DNA of 64,000 nt from the human T2T-CHM13v2.0 reference genome, Homo sapiens, in NCBI RefSeq assembly GCF_009914755.1, contig NC_060925.1. One strand, 5' to 3'. A program made the translations under genes and the position numbers. Each line of letters begins with the position of its first letter. The stretch's first letter is position 1. The notes beneath the pieces were generated by a model, which worked only from the letters and a program-made list of their open reading frames with translations, searched no databases and was not told the DNA's origin. Shown piece by piece: positions 26,435 through 42,218 of the stretch.

Positions 26435-27309
26435 TATTGTGGGATCTGGCCAGCAGCCCGCAATGCAATGGGGCTCTCTCTTTGTTCCCAGGTGGATTGG
26501 CAGGTCGAGAAATAATAGACACACACAAGATAGCGAAAGCTGGGTCCAGTGGGGTCACCGCCTTCTGGTCCCGTGGTGCCAACAATGCACTGGATATACG
26601 AGCATTGATTATTAAGTTTAGTGAGGGCAGGGGTAGGTTAGTGAGGGATTCAGGGTCATTTGATTATGAGGTGAGATGGTCACATGGGGTTGAAGTAATT
26701 CTTTAACGTAACATCTGTATGCAGAAGTACAGTATACAGGGATAAGAATTTACAATATAGTGTGTACATTAGTAATTTCTAACAGAGCCTTAAAACAGAA
26801 ACACAGTCTTTCCATAACCTATGATTAGCAAGATATTAATCAGCAGTAACAGTTGCAACAAAAGCTGGTTACAAACAATTCATAGAAACAGGATGTGAAG
26901 CTAGACAACTGGTTAGACCAGAAATTCTCAGAAGGGAGTATGCCTTAACCCTAAAGAGGCCTAGAAAAGCCATGGCAAGATGAGGGCGTTTATAGCCCTG
27001 TCTTATCCATATGGACAGGCGCCCCCCTATGCATCTGTTTATAGGCTCTCCACAAGGATCACATTCCATTCCCAGAGCTATGAACATCTGCTTTTCTGGG
27101 ATAGGAATCTTGGTGATGTGAAACCTCCCTGGCTCCACGTCCATTCATAGGCTCTCTGCAGGGGGAAGCACATCATGTGCTATTGGCTCATTCTGGCAGT
27201 CCAACCTGGCATTGTCTTTACACAGTCCTGCATGCAACTTTGTATTTATGATAATCAGGAGCATTTCATCTTTTATTCCATAGCAATAGTTTCAGGGGGT
27301 CTCCCTACA
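26435..27309 (-). mobile_element. ERVK(HML)-class solo LTR, about 875 bp
   Basis: Reverse strand begins tgtagggagaccccctgaaact and ends ggccagatcccacaata; 6-bp TSD gtattg at 26429-26434 and 27310-27315 (6 bp is typical of betaretrovirus-like integration). Exact family not resolved. Confidence 0.75.
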
Positions 27310-27690
27310 GTATTGCACTGAATCTATAGATTATTTTGGTGAGTATTGCCATCTTAACCATGTTAGGTCTTCTGATTCATGAGCATGGGATGTTTTCACA
27401 TATATTTAGAGCTTTCTTAATTTCTTCCACAATGCTTTGTAGTTTTCAGAGTATATGTTTTACAGTTTTTTTTTGCTAAATTTATTCCTAAATATTGTAT
27501 CATTTTGCTGCTGTTTGTATGGTTATGAATTATTCATTGCAAGTGTATAGAAATACAATTTATTTTTGTATATTGATCTAGTATTTTTCAACCTGCAGAA
27601 CTCATTTATTAGTTCTAATAATTTTATTGAATTCATTATGATTTTCTCTATATAAGATCATATCATCAGCAGTAGATATCATTTTATTTC

Positions 27691-29569
27691 ATACCTAGAA
27701 ATACAGCTAACTAGGGAATTGAAAGTTCTCTACAAGGAGAACTACAAATCACTGCTTAAAGAAATCAGGGATGACACAAACAAATGGAAAACATTTCATG
27801 CTCATGGGTAGGAAGAATCAATAGTATTAAAATGGTCATACTGCCCAAATCAATGTATAGATTCAACACTATGCCTACTAAACTATCATTGATAGTCTTC
27901 ATAGAACTAGAAAAAACTATCTGGGGACTCATATGGAACCAAAAAAAAGCCCAAATAGCCCAGGTATTTCTAAATTATGTGCTGCACATCCTTTAAATTG
28001 GCGATACTTATAATGAACTTGTGTGTATATGCACATATATATACATTTTATTTTCAGAGCCACATTTATTAAATATTTACCAGCCCAACACTGGCTAGAG
28101 GTAATCTATACTCTTTGTCAAAAAAACAGAGAAGTCACCATGCTCAGGGACAAAAAAAACTATCCGGGGACTCATATGGAACCAAAAAAAGAGCCCAAAT
28201 AGCCCAGGTAATCCTAAGCAAAAAGAACAAAACTGGAGGCATCACGCTACCCAAGTTCAAACTATACTACAGGGCTATGATAACCAGAACAGCATGGTAC
28301 TGGTATAAAAACACACATAGACCAATGGAACAGAATAGAGAGCTAAAAAATAGGACCGTACACCCACAACCATCTGATCCTCAACAAACCTGACAAAAAC
28401 AAGTAGTGGGAAAATTAACTCAAGATGGATTAAAGACTTAAATGTAAAACCCCAAACCATAAATATCCTGGAAGATAACCTAGGCAATACCACATAGGCA
28501 CTAGCAAAGATTTCATAATGAAGATGCCAAAAACAAAATTGCAAGAAAACCAAAATTGACAAATGGGATCTAATTAAACTAAAGAGGTGCTACACAGCAA
28601 AAGAAACTATCAACAGAGTAAACAGACAACCTGCAGAATGGGAAAAAAAGTTACAAACTATGCATCTGAAAAAGGTTTCATCTCCAGCATCTATAAGAAA
28701 CTTATATAAATTTATAAGAAAACAAACAAACAACCCCATTAAAAACTGGGCAAAGAACATGAACTGAAACTTTTCAAAAGAAGACATACATTTGGCCAAT
28801 AACATATGAAAATAGGTCTATATCATTGATCATTAGGGAAATGCAAATCAATATCACAAAGTGATACCATCTCACACCAGTTAGAATGGTTATTATTAAA
28901 AAGTCACAAAATAACAGATCATGGTGAGGTTGTGGAGAAAAGGGTCTGCTTATACACTATTGGTGGGAGTGTAAGTGGGAGTTCAGCCATAGTGGAAGAC
29001 AGTGTGACAATTCCTCAAAGACCTAAAGACAGAAATACCATTTGACCCAGCAACCCCATTACTGGATATATACCCAAAGAAATATAAATAATTCTATTAT
29101 AAATACACATGCATGTATATGTTCACTGCGTGCAGCACTATTCACAATAGCAAAGACATGGAATTAGTTGGTAGACTGGATAAAGAAAATGTGGTATATA
29201 TACACCATGGAATACTATGCAACCATAAAAAAGAACAAGATCACGTCCCTTGCAGAAACATGGATGGAGCTAGAGGTCATTATCCTTAGCAAACTAACGC
29301 AGGAATAGAAAACCAAACACCACATGTTCTCACTTATAAGTGGGAGCTAAATGATGAGAATACGTGGACACCTAGAGAGGAGCAACACACACTGGGGCCT
29401 TTCAGAGGACAAAGAGTAGGAGGAGGGAGAGGATCAGGAAAAATAACTAATGGGTACGAGGCTTGATACCTGGGTGATGAAATCTGTACAACAAACCCCC
29501 ATGACAAAAGTTTACTTATGTAACAAACCTGCACTTATACTCCTGAACTTAAAATAAAAGTTTTAAAAA
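27691..29569 (+). mobile_element. 5'-truncated L1PA13-16-like element
   Basis: ORF2 C-terminal homology ([20 protein letters not shown]; TAWYWYKN); 3' end gtaacaaacctgcac...gaacttaaaataaaagtt; degenerate TSD agatatcattttatttc / aggtaccatttttcttc; internal deletion near 28412 and foreign insert at 27965-28152. Confidence 0.92.
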
Positions 29570-30214
29570 AGGTACCATTTTTCTTCTTTTCCAATCTGGA
29601 AAGAGGACTTTTATTTCCTTTTCTTTTCTCATTGCCCTGGCTAGAACTTCTAGTGCAATATGGAATAGAAATGGTGAGAGTGGAAATTCTTGTCTTACTC
29701 CTGATATTAGGAGAGAAACATCCAGCCTTTCATCATTAAATGTGATGTTAGTTGTGGGCTGTTCATAGATGTTCTTTATCAAATTGAGAAGGTTCCCTTC
29801 TTTTCCTAGTTTGTTAAGTGTTGTATCACAAAAGGGTATTGGAATTTTGTCAAGTCCGTGACCATTTGGTTGCAAAAATGGAAATTGCATGTGGTTCAAT
29901 CAAATAGATTACTCTCATGTTAATTTGGTAAGTATCAGCCAGTCTTCCAGAGTCTGAAAATGCCTGGGAATATAAATATTGAATGAATGCTTCAGTCTGG
30001 CTGGGCCTAGAATGTGATGACCACACCCCCATCCTGCTTTGCTGAGGAGACTTGCTTGGGCAGTCACTTCTTCTTCCAGGCCATGCCTCTATCTCTTGCC
30101 CATTCACACAGCATCCTAGCATTAAATGAGGTCACATCCAGGAAGATGCTTTGAATGTGAGGGATTAGGATTAGTCTATTTGCACTGTTTCAGGTGGTAG
30201 CCAGGGTAGTAAAA

Positions 30215-30548
30215 GCTCATTACCTCTTATATGAAAACTTTGGGCTAGCATTTCAGAATTCAGAATTTTGGGATCTCAGCAAGCTAATATGGCAAATATA
30301 TGGTATATTGTATTAAAATCCCCAGTGGGGTTTGATGCATCAACCTGTAGTCAAACACATAGACATTTCTGTAGCAGAATCAATGGATGCTCCCATTAGG
30401 TTTTTCAAATAAAGACTATAAATAGCTTCACATCAGTTCAGATCAGGTGTCACTACCAAATGAATTCAGACCATGTTAAGTATTGTCAACCAAATGAGTA
30501 ATAAAGAAACTTGTGGGTTTGGAAAGTGGATAAGAGGCTGTGGCCTAT
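30215..30548. mobile_element. Probable non-autonomous Tigger-type DNA transposon relic
   Basis: cctcttatatgaaaactttggg near the start and gtggataagaggctgtggcct near the end resemble decayed Tigger/Zombi TIRs. Confidence 0.45.
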
Positions 30549-32544
30549 ACTCATTGGCTAATTCAGGCAATTCTGCTTTGTTCCACACTGTGTATAGTTT
30601 TACCTGCCTGTAGCCTAGCCCCTCCCCTTAACCTTCCCATTAGGAGATTTCTGGAGGGAACAAGCAAAAAACACACACTTTTTTTTTTTTTTTTCACCTG
30701 CACACCATTCAGCAGCATTTTCATCACCTTCCCACCAGACAAGGAAACGGGCTTCAGATCCTGTGGGAGTTTGAACTGGGAGTAAAATTATATAGGATAT
30801 GCTTGCCTAGCAGAGTAGAAGAGAGTACAAGGCAAACACCATATGAGTTTGCAGTTTTACCAGTAAGATAATGATTCAGTTATGGAGGATAGCTCCTATG
30901 GTTTTGTATAACATTAATTTGGGTTTTCAGGGATGACAAAACTTATTTAGAAGCTGACTCAGGGGATAAATTTTGATTTAGCAAACAGTCTCAGAGAACG
31001 GTGTTTCAAAGACAACCACCTTGTCCAGGAGTCTGCCTTTGAAAAAACTGAGAAACAACCAGTTTTGATGGATTCTTTCATTCTCTATAGGCCTTCACTA
31101 GATCCCCATCCCATCCTAGGATTCTCTACCATTCTAGAACAAAATTCCCACTCACTAGTTGACATGGACTCAGAAAGAAAGCTAAGCAATAGTGTATTTA
31201 CTCTCCAAATATGACCATTGATTATCTAACATACGTTTTCACCAAAGTACTTTTATTGTAGAGGATGTCAGAGGTATTAAAGAAGCCACACCCCTAGTGA
31301 CAAATACCTTTACTGCCTCCTGTTTTACCTTACACATTTGTGAGAATTTAAAAATCTATACAATAAATTATTCTTTTTAACACAAACATAAATTTTCCTC
31401 AAACATTTTTAAGAATAATTAATACACCAGGAAGATAATTTATGCTTATCTGGGGCCTTGCATATTCACTATCAGCATGGCCAGGATCCAGGAGGTCACA
31501 TGTACCTGTCTGAGAAACATGAAATTGATGTGTTGTCCTCTGAGCTATCCCTGAAAGAGTAGACTTCAGGTACTATATTGACGACTGTCTACCTCATCTT
31601 ACAACCCCCAACTGGATCAAGTAACCACAGATCTTGGTTATAGAAGACAAGGGTTTAACAGGACACTAATAGCAATTATGTCATGTTCTAAACCTTTTGT
31701 TTTTATTTGCTTGGAAGCTGAGGCCCAGGAAAGTTGAAGGACTTCCTCAAGGTCACAGAATCAGGACTAGTTTCTAGACCTCCTAACTCCAATCCCATTT
31801 GAACTTAGGGGGTAGTATATGACTGGTGTCTGACTGATACCAGTCAGAAAACAGATGGGTTGTGTGGATGAATCAGCTACACTTCTATCCTTTTCACATA
31901 ACCCAGACAGTTCAAAGGAGTTGGAGATGCATTTGCTGTATTTTGCTTTTTGCAAAGGATAAGTGTCTCTTCCCAACTTTTATGATTTGAATAATGATTT
32001 AACAATGAAGATCCTGGAAACACAAACTCTATGGGAGGTTGGTAAACTTTTATTTATAAGATATGCTTATAAATAAAGGATATCTTTATTTTCAGTGCTG
32101 GGCTGCTCAGGATTAGACTAGAGTGAAGAAAACTGGATTGTATTTAGATTTTTCTGATATATTTGAAAGCTGAAAAGAAAGTATAGGAAATAAATACTTT
32201 TTTTTCATTTAAGATTTTAAAAGGAATTTAAGTGCTTGTTAAAAAAAAAGTTGCCTCTTGACTGTCGGTAATCTTTTCGGCAGACATAGAAAGGGAAACC
32301 TTTATACCTTTGTATTTTTAGTTCCTAACAAAGGACAACTGTGCATGAATGGGGAGAACATTAACCCCCACTTGCCCTCAAATGTAACCTGTGATCACAT
32401 TGTGCCAACTACACCAGTGAGCACCAACAAATATAGTTATTAATTGAGGTTTCTCAAACATCTGGACTTTTGGCACCCAGAACCAAAATAGCTGGACATT
32501 TGTTTGAATTCTCTACTTGTTTTCCAAGCTTGACATTGAGTCAG

Positions 32545-32740
32545 AATAATAGCAGTTATAGACTACTTCCTATATGCCAGAGTCAGGCTAAATGTTTTAC
32601 CTGTATTAGCTTGTTTAACCTTCACAACCATCAAATGAGTCCTAAAGTATGAATGATTCCTTTTAGAGATGAGGGTACTGAGGCTCAGAGAAGGAAGCAC
32701 AGAGCTGATATGAGAACACTGTCTGTCTGATTATAAACCC
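32545..32740 (-). mobile_element. MIR SINE
   Basis: tgtttaaccttcacaaccatc...ttttagagatgagggtactgaggctcagagaagg. Confidence 0.75.
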
Positions 32741-33137
32741 TGAACTGAGAGTGTTTCATTTTGGCAAAATGACTACAGAGGGCAACAAATGATATAAATC
32801 CAATTTGTAGCTACCCTACTAAAAGAAAGAGTGACTGTACAATATCTGAGTTAATAACATTACTCAGTAGTATCACCATTGTTAGCAAATTTGATAATTT
32901 GGGGAAAATTTTTCCTTCTCTTGAATTACTCTGATGCATTCAAATTCACCTGATAATTGTGTATTACATGTATTACCCTTTGAGTATTAAAACAACTGAA
33001 AATACCTGCATCTTTGTCAGATTAAATAATTTAGAAAATGAAAAAATACACAAAAACAAATTAAATAAACATAAGACTCAATCCCTGGGTTAAAGATGAA
33101 TATTGCAGTTTTCTTTACTAGTTAGTGGCTAGAGTTT

Positions 33138-33320
33138 TAACTAGGTAACCTTGAGCAAGTTACTTAATCTCTTAAGCCTCAGTTTTCTCATCTTTAAAAC
33201 ACAAATGATAACAAAACCTACTTTAGCCTACTTTGCTAAAGGATGGAATAAAAAAATGCATGTAAAGTGCTTAACACAGTGCCTGGCTTATAGCATGGTT
33301 TCAAAACATAGTTAATTATC
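33138..33320 (+). mobile_element. MIR SINE
   Basis: taaccttgagcaagttacttaatctcttaagcctcagttttctcatctttaaaa...aaagtgcttaacacagtgcctggc. Confidence 0.8.
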
Positions 33321-33512
33321 TGTCATAACTTAAGCTGGTACCATGGGAGAACTGGAATTCAGAAGTACACCTGAGGTCTACTCCCACCAATGGGGTGGGG
33401 GGCTGGGGTGGGTCACTGGAGAGCAGAGAAACCTCATGCAACTTTCACCCTTTCTCCTTGTTTCTGGATCTTCAGTCGCAGAAGTAAGCCAGCTTCACTT
33501 CCTCTGTTACTA

Positions 33513-33527
33513 CTGCCCCCTGCTGGC
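33513..33527 (-). promoter_or_regulatory. Candidate CTCF binding site
   Basis: Reverse strand GCCAGCAGGGGGCAG matches the CTCF core CCASYAGRKGGCRS, in non-repeat DNA. Confidence 0.55.
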
Positions 33528-34755
33528 TGGGGAGGGAAAGATGCGATGGCAGAGCTGAAATTGTTTGCTTTCCTTTCTCTGCTTCTCACACTTCTCTGTG
33601 CCAGGTCTTCAGGTTTCTTTAAATATTAAAGCTGACTAACCCTAGCCTCCTGTAAAAGGATGTGAGAGCATGAATATGATCACTCTCTCTTTAGTACTGT
33701 AAAATTTTATGGTTATGTAGAAATTCAATGTTAAAAAAAACCCCAACAACTCTATGATGAAATTTCTCTGGATAAATAATTAGTTATGCCCAGAGACACA
33801 TTGTGGGGGCAGTGCATTTTTTGACCTTTCAACATAGACAGATGGTTTACGCATCTTCAGCATTCAGAGTTTTCTGAGGAGCATTATATAATCTCAGTGT
33901 GGTCACCAAATGAAATAAGAAATTCCTCATTTGGCAGATGGAGCTTGCGTATCGAGTTCATAAACTTTAATACTTCTCCCAAGTCCAAAATCAGAGACAA
34001 CCTGCTCCCAAGTCAGTTTCCCATTTGCACTTAATTAGGGAGTGTGTTTTGGAGGTCAGTGAAAACCAGTGGAGTATGTTTTCATAATAACTTCCCTCAC
34101 AATAAAATTATTTGGGAGGCAGCTATCCAACTTTTTCTGGAATGAGGGCAAGAAAAATGGGGACACAAAGTGAAGTTATTGGATACCTTATCTGGAACTG
34201 CCCAAAATGTTGACTGAGATCCAAAGAACACACAGTACCTTCTGGATCAGGGAAAAGGAGCCAAATGTTTTTATAGTCCCAACAATTTTCTTAACTACAA
34301 TTTTGCTTCATTTCTAACAACGAAGTGAAGTCTTTTAAGGATTCCAAATACTAGAGAACAAAAGCCTTCTCAGAGTTGTAATCATGTCATACAGAAATAG
34401 AGACAGTAAGTATCCTGGTTAAGGAAAATGTGAATATGTGGATGAACAAAAGTGACTGGTAGTTAGGACAGGTAGCCAGACTGTCACTTACTGGCTGGAT
34501 GCTTTTGTGTATTTGGGTTTCACAAAGATAACATGGTGAGTCCCAAACATGTTGCACCTCACTTTATAAAGTGTGATATCACTGTAGCTGTAGGAAAGTG
34601 TATTGTGCTTGTATTAGCCTTTTTCTAAAATGTCCTAGAATAATTCTAAGTCACAAATCAAATTAGAGAGAGTAAACTTCCTTAATAGATTAAGAAATCA
34701 AATTCTGATAGACTAGTACTTCTTTGTAGTTTTTTAAATAATATTTTTGCTATTT

Positions 34756-35071
34756 TTTCTGAGACAGAATTTTGCTCTTGTCACCCAGGCTGGAGTGCAA
34801 TGGTGCAATCTCGGCTCACTGAAACCTCTGCCTCCCGGGGGTCAAGCTATTCTCCTACCTCAGCTTCCCGAATAGCTGGGACTACAGGCATGTGCCACCA
34901 CGCCCAGCTAATTTTCTTTTTCTTTCTTTTTTTTTTTTTTTTTGTATTTTTAGTAGAGATGAGGCTTCTCCATGTTGGCCAGGCTGGTCTCAAACTCCTG
35001 ACCTCAGGTGATCCACCCACCTCGGCCTCCCACAGTATTGGGATTACAGGCGTGAGCCACTGCACCTGGAC
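34756..35071 (-). mobile_element. AluS (Sq/Sp-like)
   Basis: Antisense dimer; TSD tatttttgctattt at 34742-34755 and 35072-35085. Confidence 0.95.
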
Positions 35072-35268
35072 TATTTTTGCTATTTCTAAATTGCATTTGG
35101 CTTTTATAACTCCCATCAATCTAGAAGGACATGGCAAGATCCATAAATTTCTGAATTGTGGTTGGTGAACTTTTATCTCAATATGAAGCTGATGGCTGCA
35201 ATATGTTGAAAGGATTTTCAACCTCATATACAGAATATGGTTAACTGTTTCCTCTTTCTCTTACTCGT

Positions 35269-35293
35269 ACACACACACACACACACACACACA
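35269..35293. repeat. (AC)12 microsatellite
   Basis: Pure AC run. Confidence 0.95.
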
Positions 35294-35716
35294 ATGACTT
35301 GAGGTAAGATTTGTTATAATTATACTGTGTATGTTCAGTGAGAAATTGTTCTGAGATGAAGTCCTGAGGCTTCTCAACCAAATTTCTCTCAAAGGCAGTT
35401 CATATGTCAAGTTGTTACATTCACCAAATGACTGAAGTGTAACCATAACAAGGGAGCATGACCCATGCATCAGAATGAATACACTATTTCTCTTTAGTCT
35501 CTTAATTTAATAGTGATGATAACAAGGAATTTGTTATACTTCGTTTCCAATATTTGGCAGATCATTTGGATTATGGCCTTTATAAGTTACCTGTACGTAA
35601 ATCACCCTAAATTCAGTTCAGCTGGTATTTTTCAGTGGCAACAGAAGTAACTTCATTTTATATATTAATTGTATGAGGTTTTGATATTTCAGGCTGCTAT
35701 TTTAGGTCATGTACTG

Positions 35717-36306
35717 TGTGGTAGGCAGCTGCTAAGATGTCCCCCACTTATCCCTGTCTCCTGGTATTGATGCTGTTCTCTTCAGTATCACTGAACTTAC
35801 ATCTAATGAATAGAACATGATAGAAAACGATGGGATGTTCTTAACAAGGTTAGGTTAGAAAAAGACTGTGGCTTCTGTCTTGGATGCCCTCTCTGGATCT
35901 CTCTCTCTGGGAGCCTTCAGGCTTTGGGAAGTATGCTGCCATATTGTATATGGCCCTATGGGGAGATGCCCAGATGACAAAAACCAACCAACCAAACAAA
36001 ACCCACAAAACCTAAAAATAAAAAATAAACCCTTATAAACCTGGTCAACAGCCAGTGAGTACCTGAAGCTTGCCAAGAGTCGCATGAGCAGTCTTGGAAG
36101 CAGATCCTCCCCTAGTCAGGCTTTGAGATGACTGCAGCCCCAGCTCATACCATCATTGCAGCTTTGCAAGAGACCTGGAACCAGAATGCACTCAGCTAAG
36201 CCATGCCCAGATTCTTGACTCATAGAAATTGTGAGATTGTAAATGTTTGTTATTCTGAACAGCTAAGTTTTGGGCATATTTGTTACATAGCAATTGATAA
36301 CTTACA
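35717..36306 (+). mobile_element. MLT1E-like MaLR solo LTR
   Basis: tgtggtaggcagctgctaagatg...gctaagccatgcccagattcttgactcatagaaattgtgag...gttacatagcaattgataacttaca. Confidence 0.82.
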
Positions 36307-37800
36307 AACCTCTCTAAGTCTATGGATGGCTAAATATCACAGAGTAGCCATCCTTAAGAATAGTCAGAATAGTCAGTGATCAAATACTCTGATCCATATT
36401 CTTTGGCAGAAATTATAAGCCAGGTCTTCATCTAAAAGAAGAAATGTGATTCCGGGCAAGATGGCCTAATGGGAACAGCTCTGGTCTGCAGCTCCCAGCA
36501 AGACCAACGCAGAAGGCAGGTGATTTCTGCATTTCCAACTGAGGTACCCAGTTCATCTCATTGGGACTGGTTAGACAGTGGGTGCAGTGCATAGAGGGCG
36601 AGCTGAAGCAGGGTGGGGCATCACCTCACCTGGGAAGTGCAAGGGGTCAGCGAACTCCCTCCCCTAGCCAAGAGAAGCCCCAAGGGACTGTGCTGTGAGG
36701 AATGGTGCATTTGAGCCCAGATACTACACTTTTCCCACAGTCTTCGAAACCCACAGACCAGGAGATTCCCTAGGGTGCCTACACCACCAGGGCCCTGGGT
36801 TTCAAGCACAAAACTGGGTAGCCATTTGGGCAGACACTGAGCTAGCTGCAGGAGGTTTTTTTTTGTTGTTGTTGTTTTTTCATTTCAGTGGTACCCAGAA
36901 CACCAGCAAGACAGATCTGTTCAATCCCCTGAAAAGGGTGCTGAAGCCAGGGAGCCAAGTGGTCTAGCTCAGCAGATCCCACCCCCATGGAGCCCAACAA
37001 GCTAAGATCCATGGGCTTGAAATTCTTGCTGCCAGCACGGCAGTCTGAAGTCAACCTGGGATGCTCAAGCTTGATGGGGGGAGGGACGTCCACCATTACT
37101 GAGGCTTGAGTAGGCAGTCTTCCCCTCATAGTGTAAACAAAGCCGCCAGGAAGTTCTGACTGGGCTGAGCCCACTGCAGCACTGCAAAGCCACTGTAGCC
37201 AGACTGCCTCTCTAGATTCCTCTTTGGGCAGGGCATCTCTGAAAGAAAGGCAGCATCCCCAGTCAGGGGCTTATAGATAAAACTCCCATCTCCCTGGGTC
37301 AGAGCACCTGGGGGAAGGGGCGGCTGTGAGCGTGGCTTCTGCAGACTTAAACTTTCCTGCCTGATGGCCCTGAAAAGAGCAGTGGATCTTCCAGCACAGC
37401 GCTCAAGCTCTGCTAAGGGACAGACTGCCTCCTCAAGTGGGTCCCTGACCCCCATACCTCCTGATGGGGAGACACCTCACAGAAGAAGTAGACAGACACC
37501 TCATACAGGAGAGCTCTGGCTGGCATCCAGTGGGTGCCCCTCTGGGATGAAGCTTCCAGAGGAAGGAGCAGACAGCAATCTTTGCTGTTCTGCAGCCTCT
37601 GCTGGTGATACACAGGCAAACAGGGTCTGGAGTGTACCCCCAGCACACTCCAGCAGACCTGCAGAAGAGGGGCCTACTGTTAGAAGGAAAACTAACAAAC
37701 AGAAAGCAATAGCATCAACATCAACAAAAAGGATTACCATGCAAAAATCCCATCCGAAGGTCATCAACATCAAACACCAAAGGTAGATAAATCCAAAAAG

Positions 37801-38824
37801 GTGAGGAAAAGCCAGTGCAAAAAGGCTGAAAATGTCAAAAACCAGATTGTTTCTTCTCCTCCAAAAGATTACAACTCCTTGCCAGCAAGGGAACAAAACT
37901 GGATGGAGAATGTGTTTCACGAATTGACAGAAGTAGGCTTCAGAAGGTAGGTAATAACAAACTCCTCCAAGCTGAAGGAGCATGTTCTAACCCAATGCAA
38001 GAAAGCTAAGAACCTTGATGAAAGGTTACAGAAATTGCTAACTAGAATAACCAGTTTAGAGAAAAACGTAAATGACCTGATGGAGCTGAAAAGCACAGCA
38101 CGAAAACTCCGTGAATCATACACAAGTATTGATAGCCAAATAGATCAAGTGGAAGAAAGGATATCAGAGATTGAAGGTCAACTGAATGAAATAAAGTGTG
38201 AAGGCAAGATTAGAGAAAAAAGAATAAAAAGTAACAAGCAAAAACTTCAAGAAATATGAGACTAGCTGAAAAGACCAAATCTACATTTGATTGTTGTACC
38301 TGAAAGTGATGGGGAGAAGGGAACCAAGTTGAAAAACACTCTTCAGGATATTATCCAGGAGAACTTCCCCAACCTAGCAAGACAGGCCAACATTCAAATT
38401 CAGAAAATACAGAGAATACCACAAAGATACTACTTGAGAATAGTAACCCCAAAACACATAATAGTCAGATTCACCAAGGTTGAAATAAAGGAAAAAATGT
38501 TAAGGGCAGCCAGAGAGAAAGGTTGGGTTACCCACAAAGGGAAGCCCATCTGACTAACAGTAGATCTCTCTGCAGAGAACCTACAAGCCAGAAGAGAGTG
38601 GGGGCCAATATTCAACGTTCTTAAAGAAAATAATTTTCAACCCAGAATTTCATATCCAGTCAAACTAAGCTTCATAAGTGAAGGAGAAATAAAATCCTTT
38701 AGACAAGCAAATGCTGAGGGATTTTGTCAGCACCAGGCCTGCCGTACAAGAGCTCCTGAAGGAAGTACTGAATATGGAAAGGAAAAACCAGTACCAGTCA
38801 CTGCAAAAACATACCAAAATGTAA
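37801..38824 (+). pseudogene. Disrupted L1 ORF1p
   Basis: ORF pieces 38035-38259 and 38287-38553 translate as L1 ORF1; start ATG mutated, in-frame stops. Confidence 0.9.
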
Positions 38825-38887
38825 AGACCATTGACACTATGAAGAAACTGCATCAACTAATAAGCAGAATAACCAGCTAGCATCATA

Positions 38888-42218
<3,331 letters not shown>

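Larger units (their letters stand above)
24900..29852 (-). mobile_element. L1MB-like element in three pieces (24900-26434, 27310-27690, 29570-29852)
   Basis: 3'UTR tttattgagatataattcacatatcatac; collinear antisense ORF2 resumes after each nested insertion; ORF 29549-29899 translates as L1 RT-like (SGVRQEFPLSPFLFHIALEVLARA). Confidence 0.88.
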
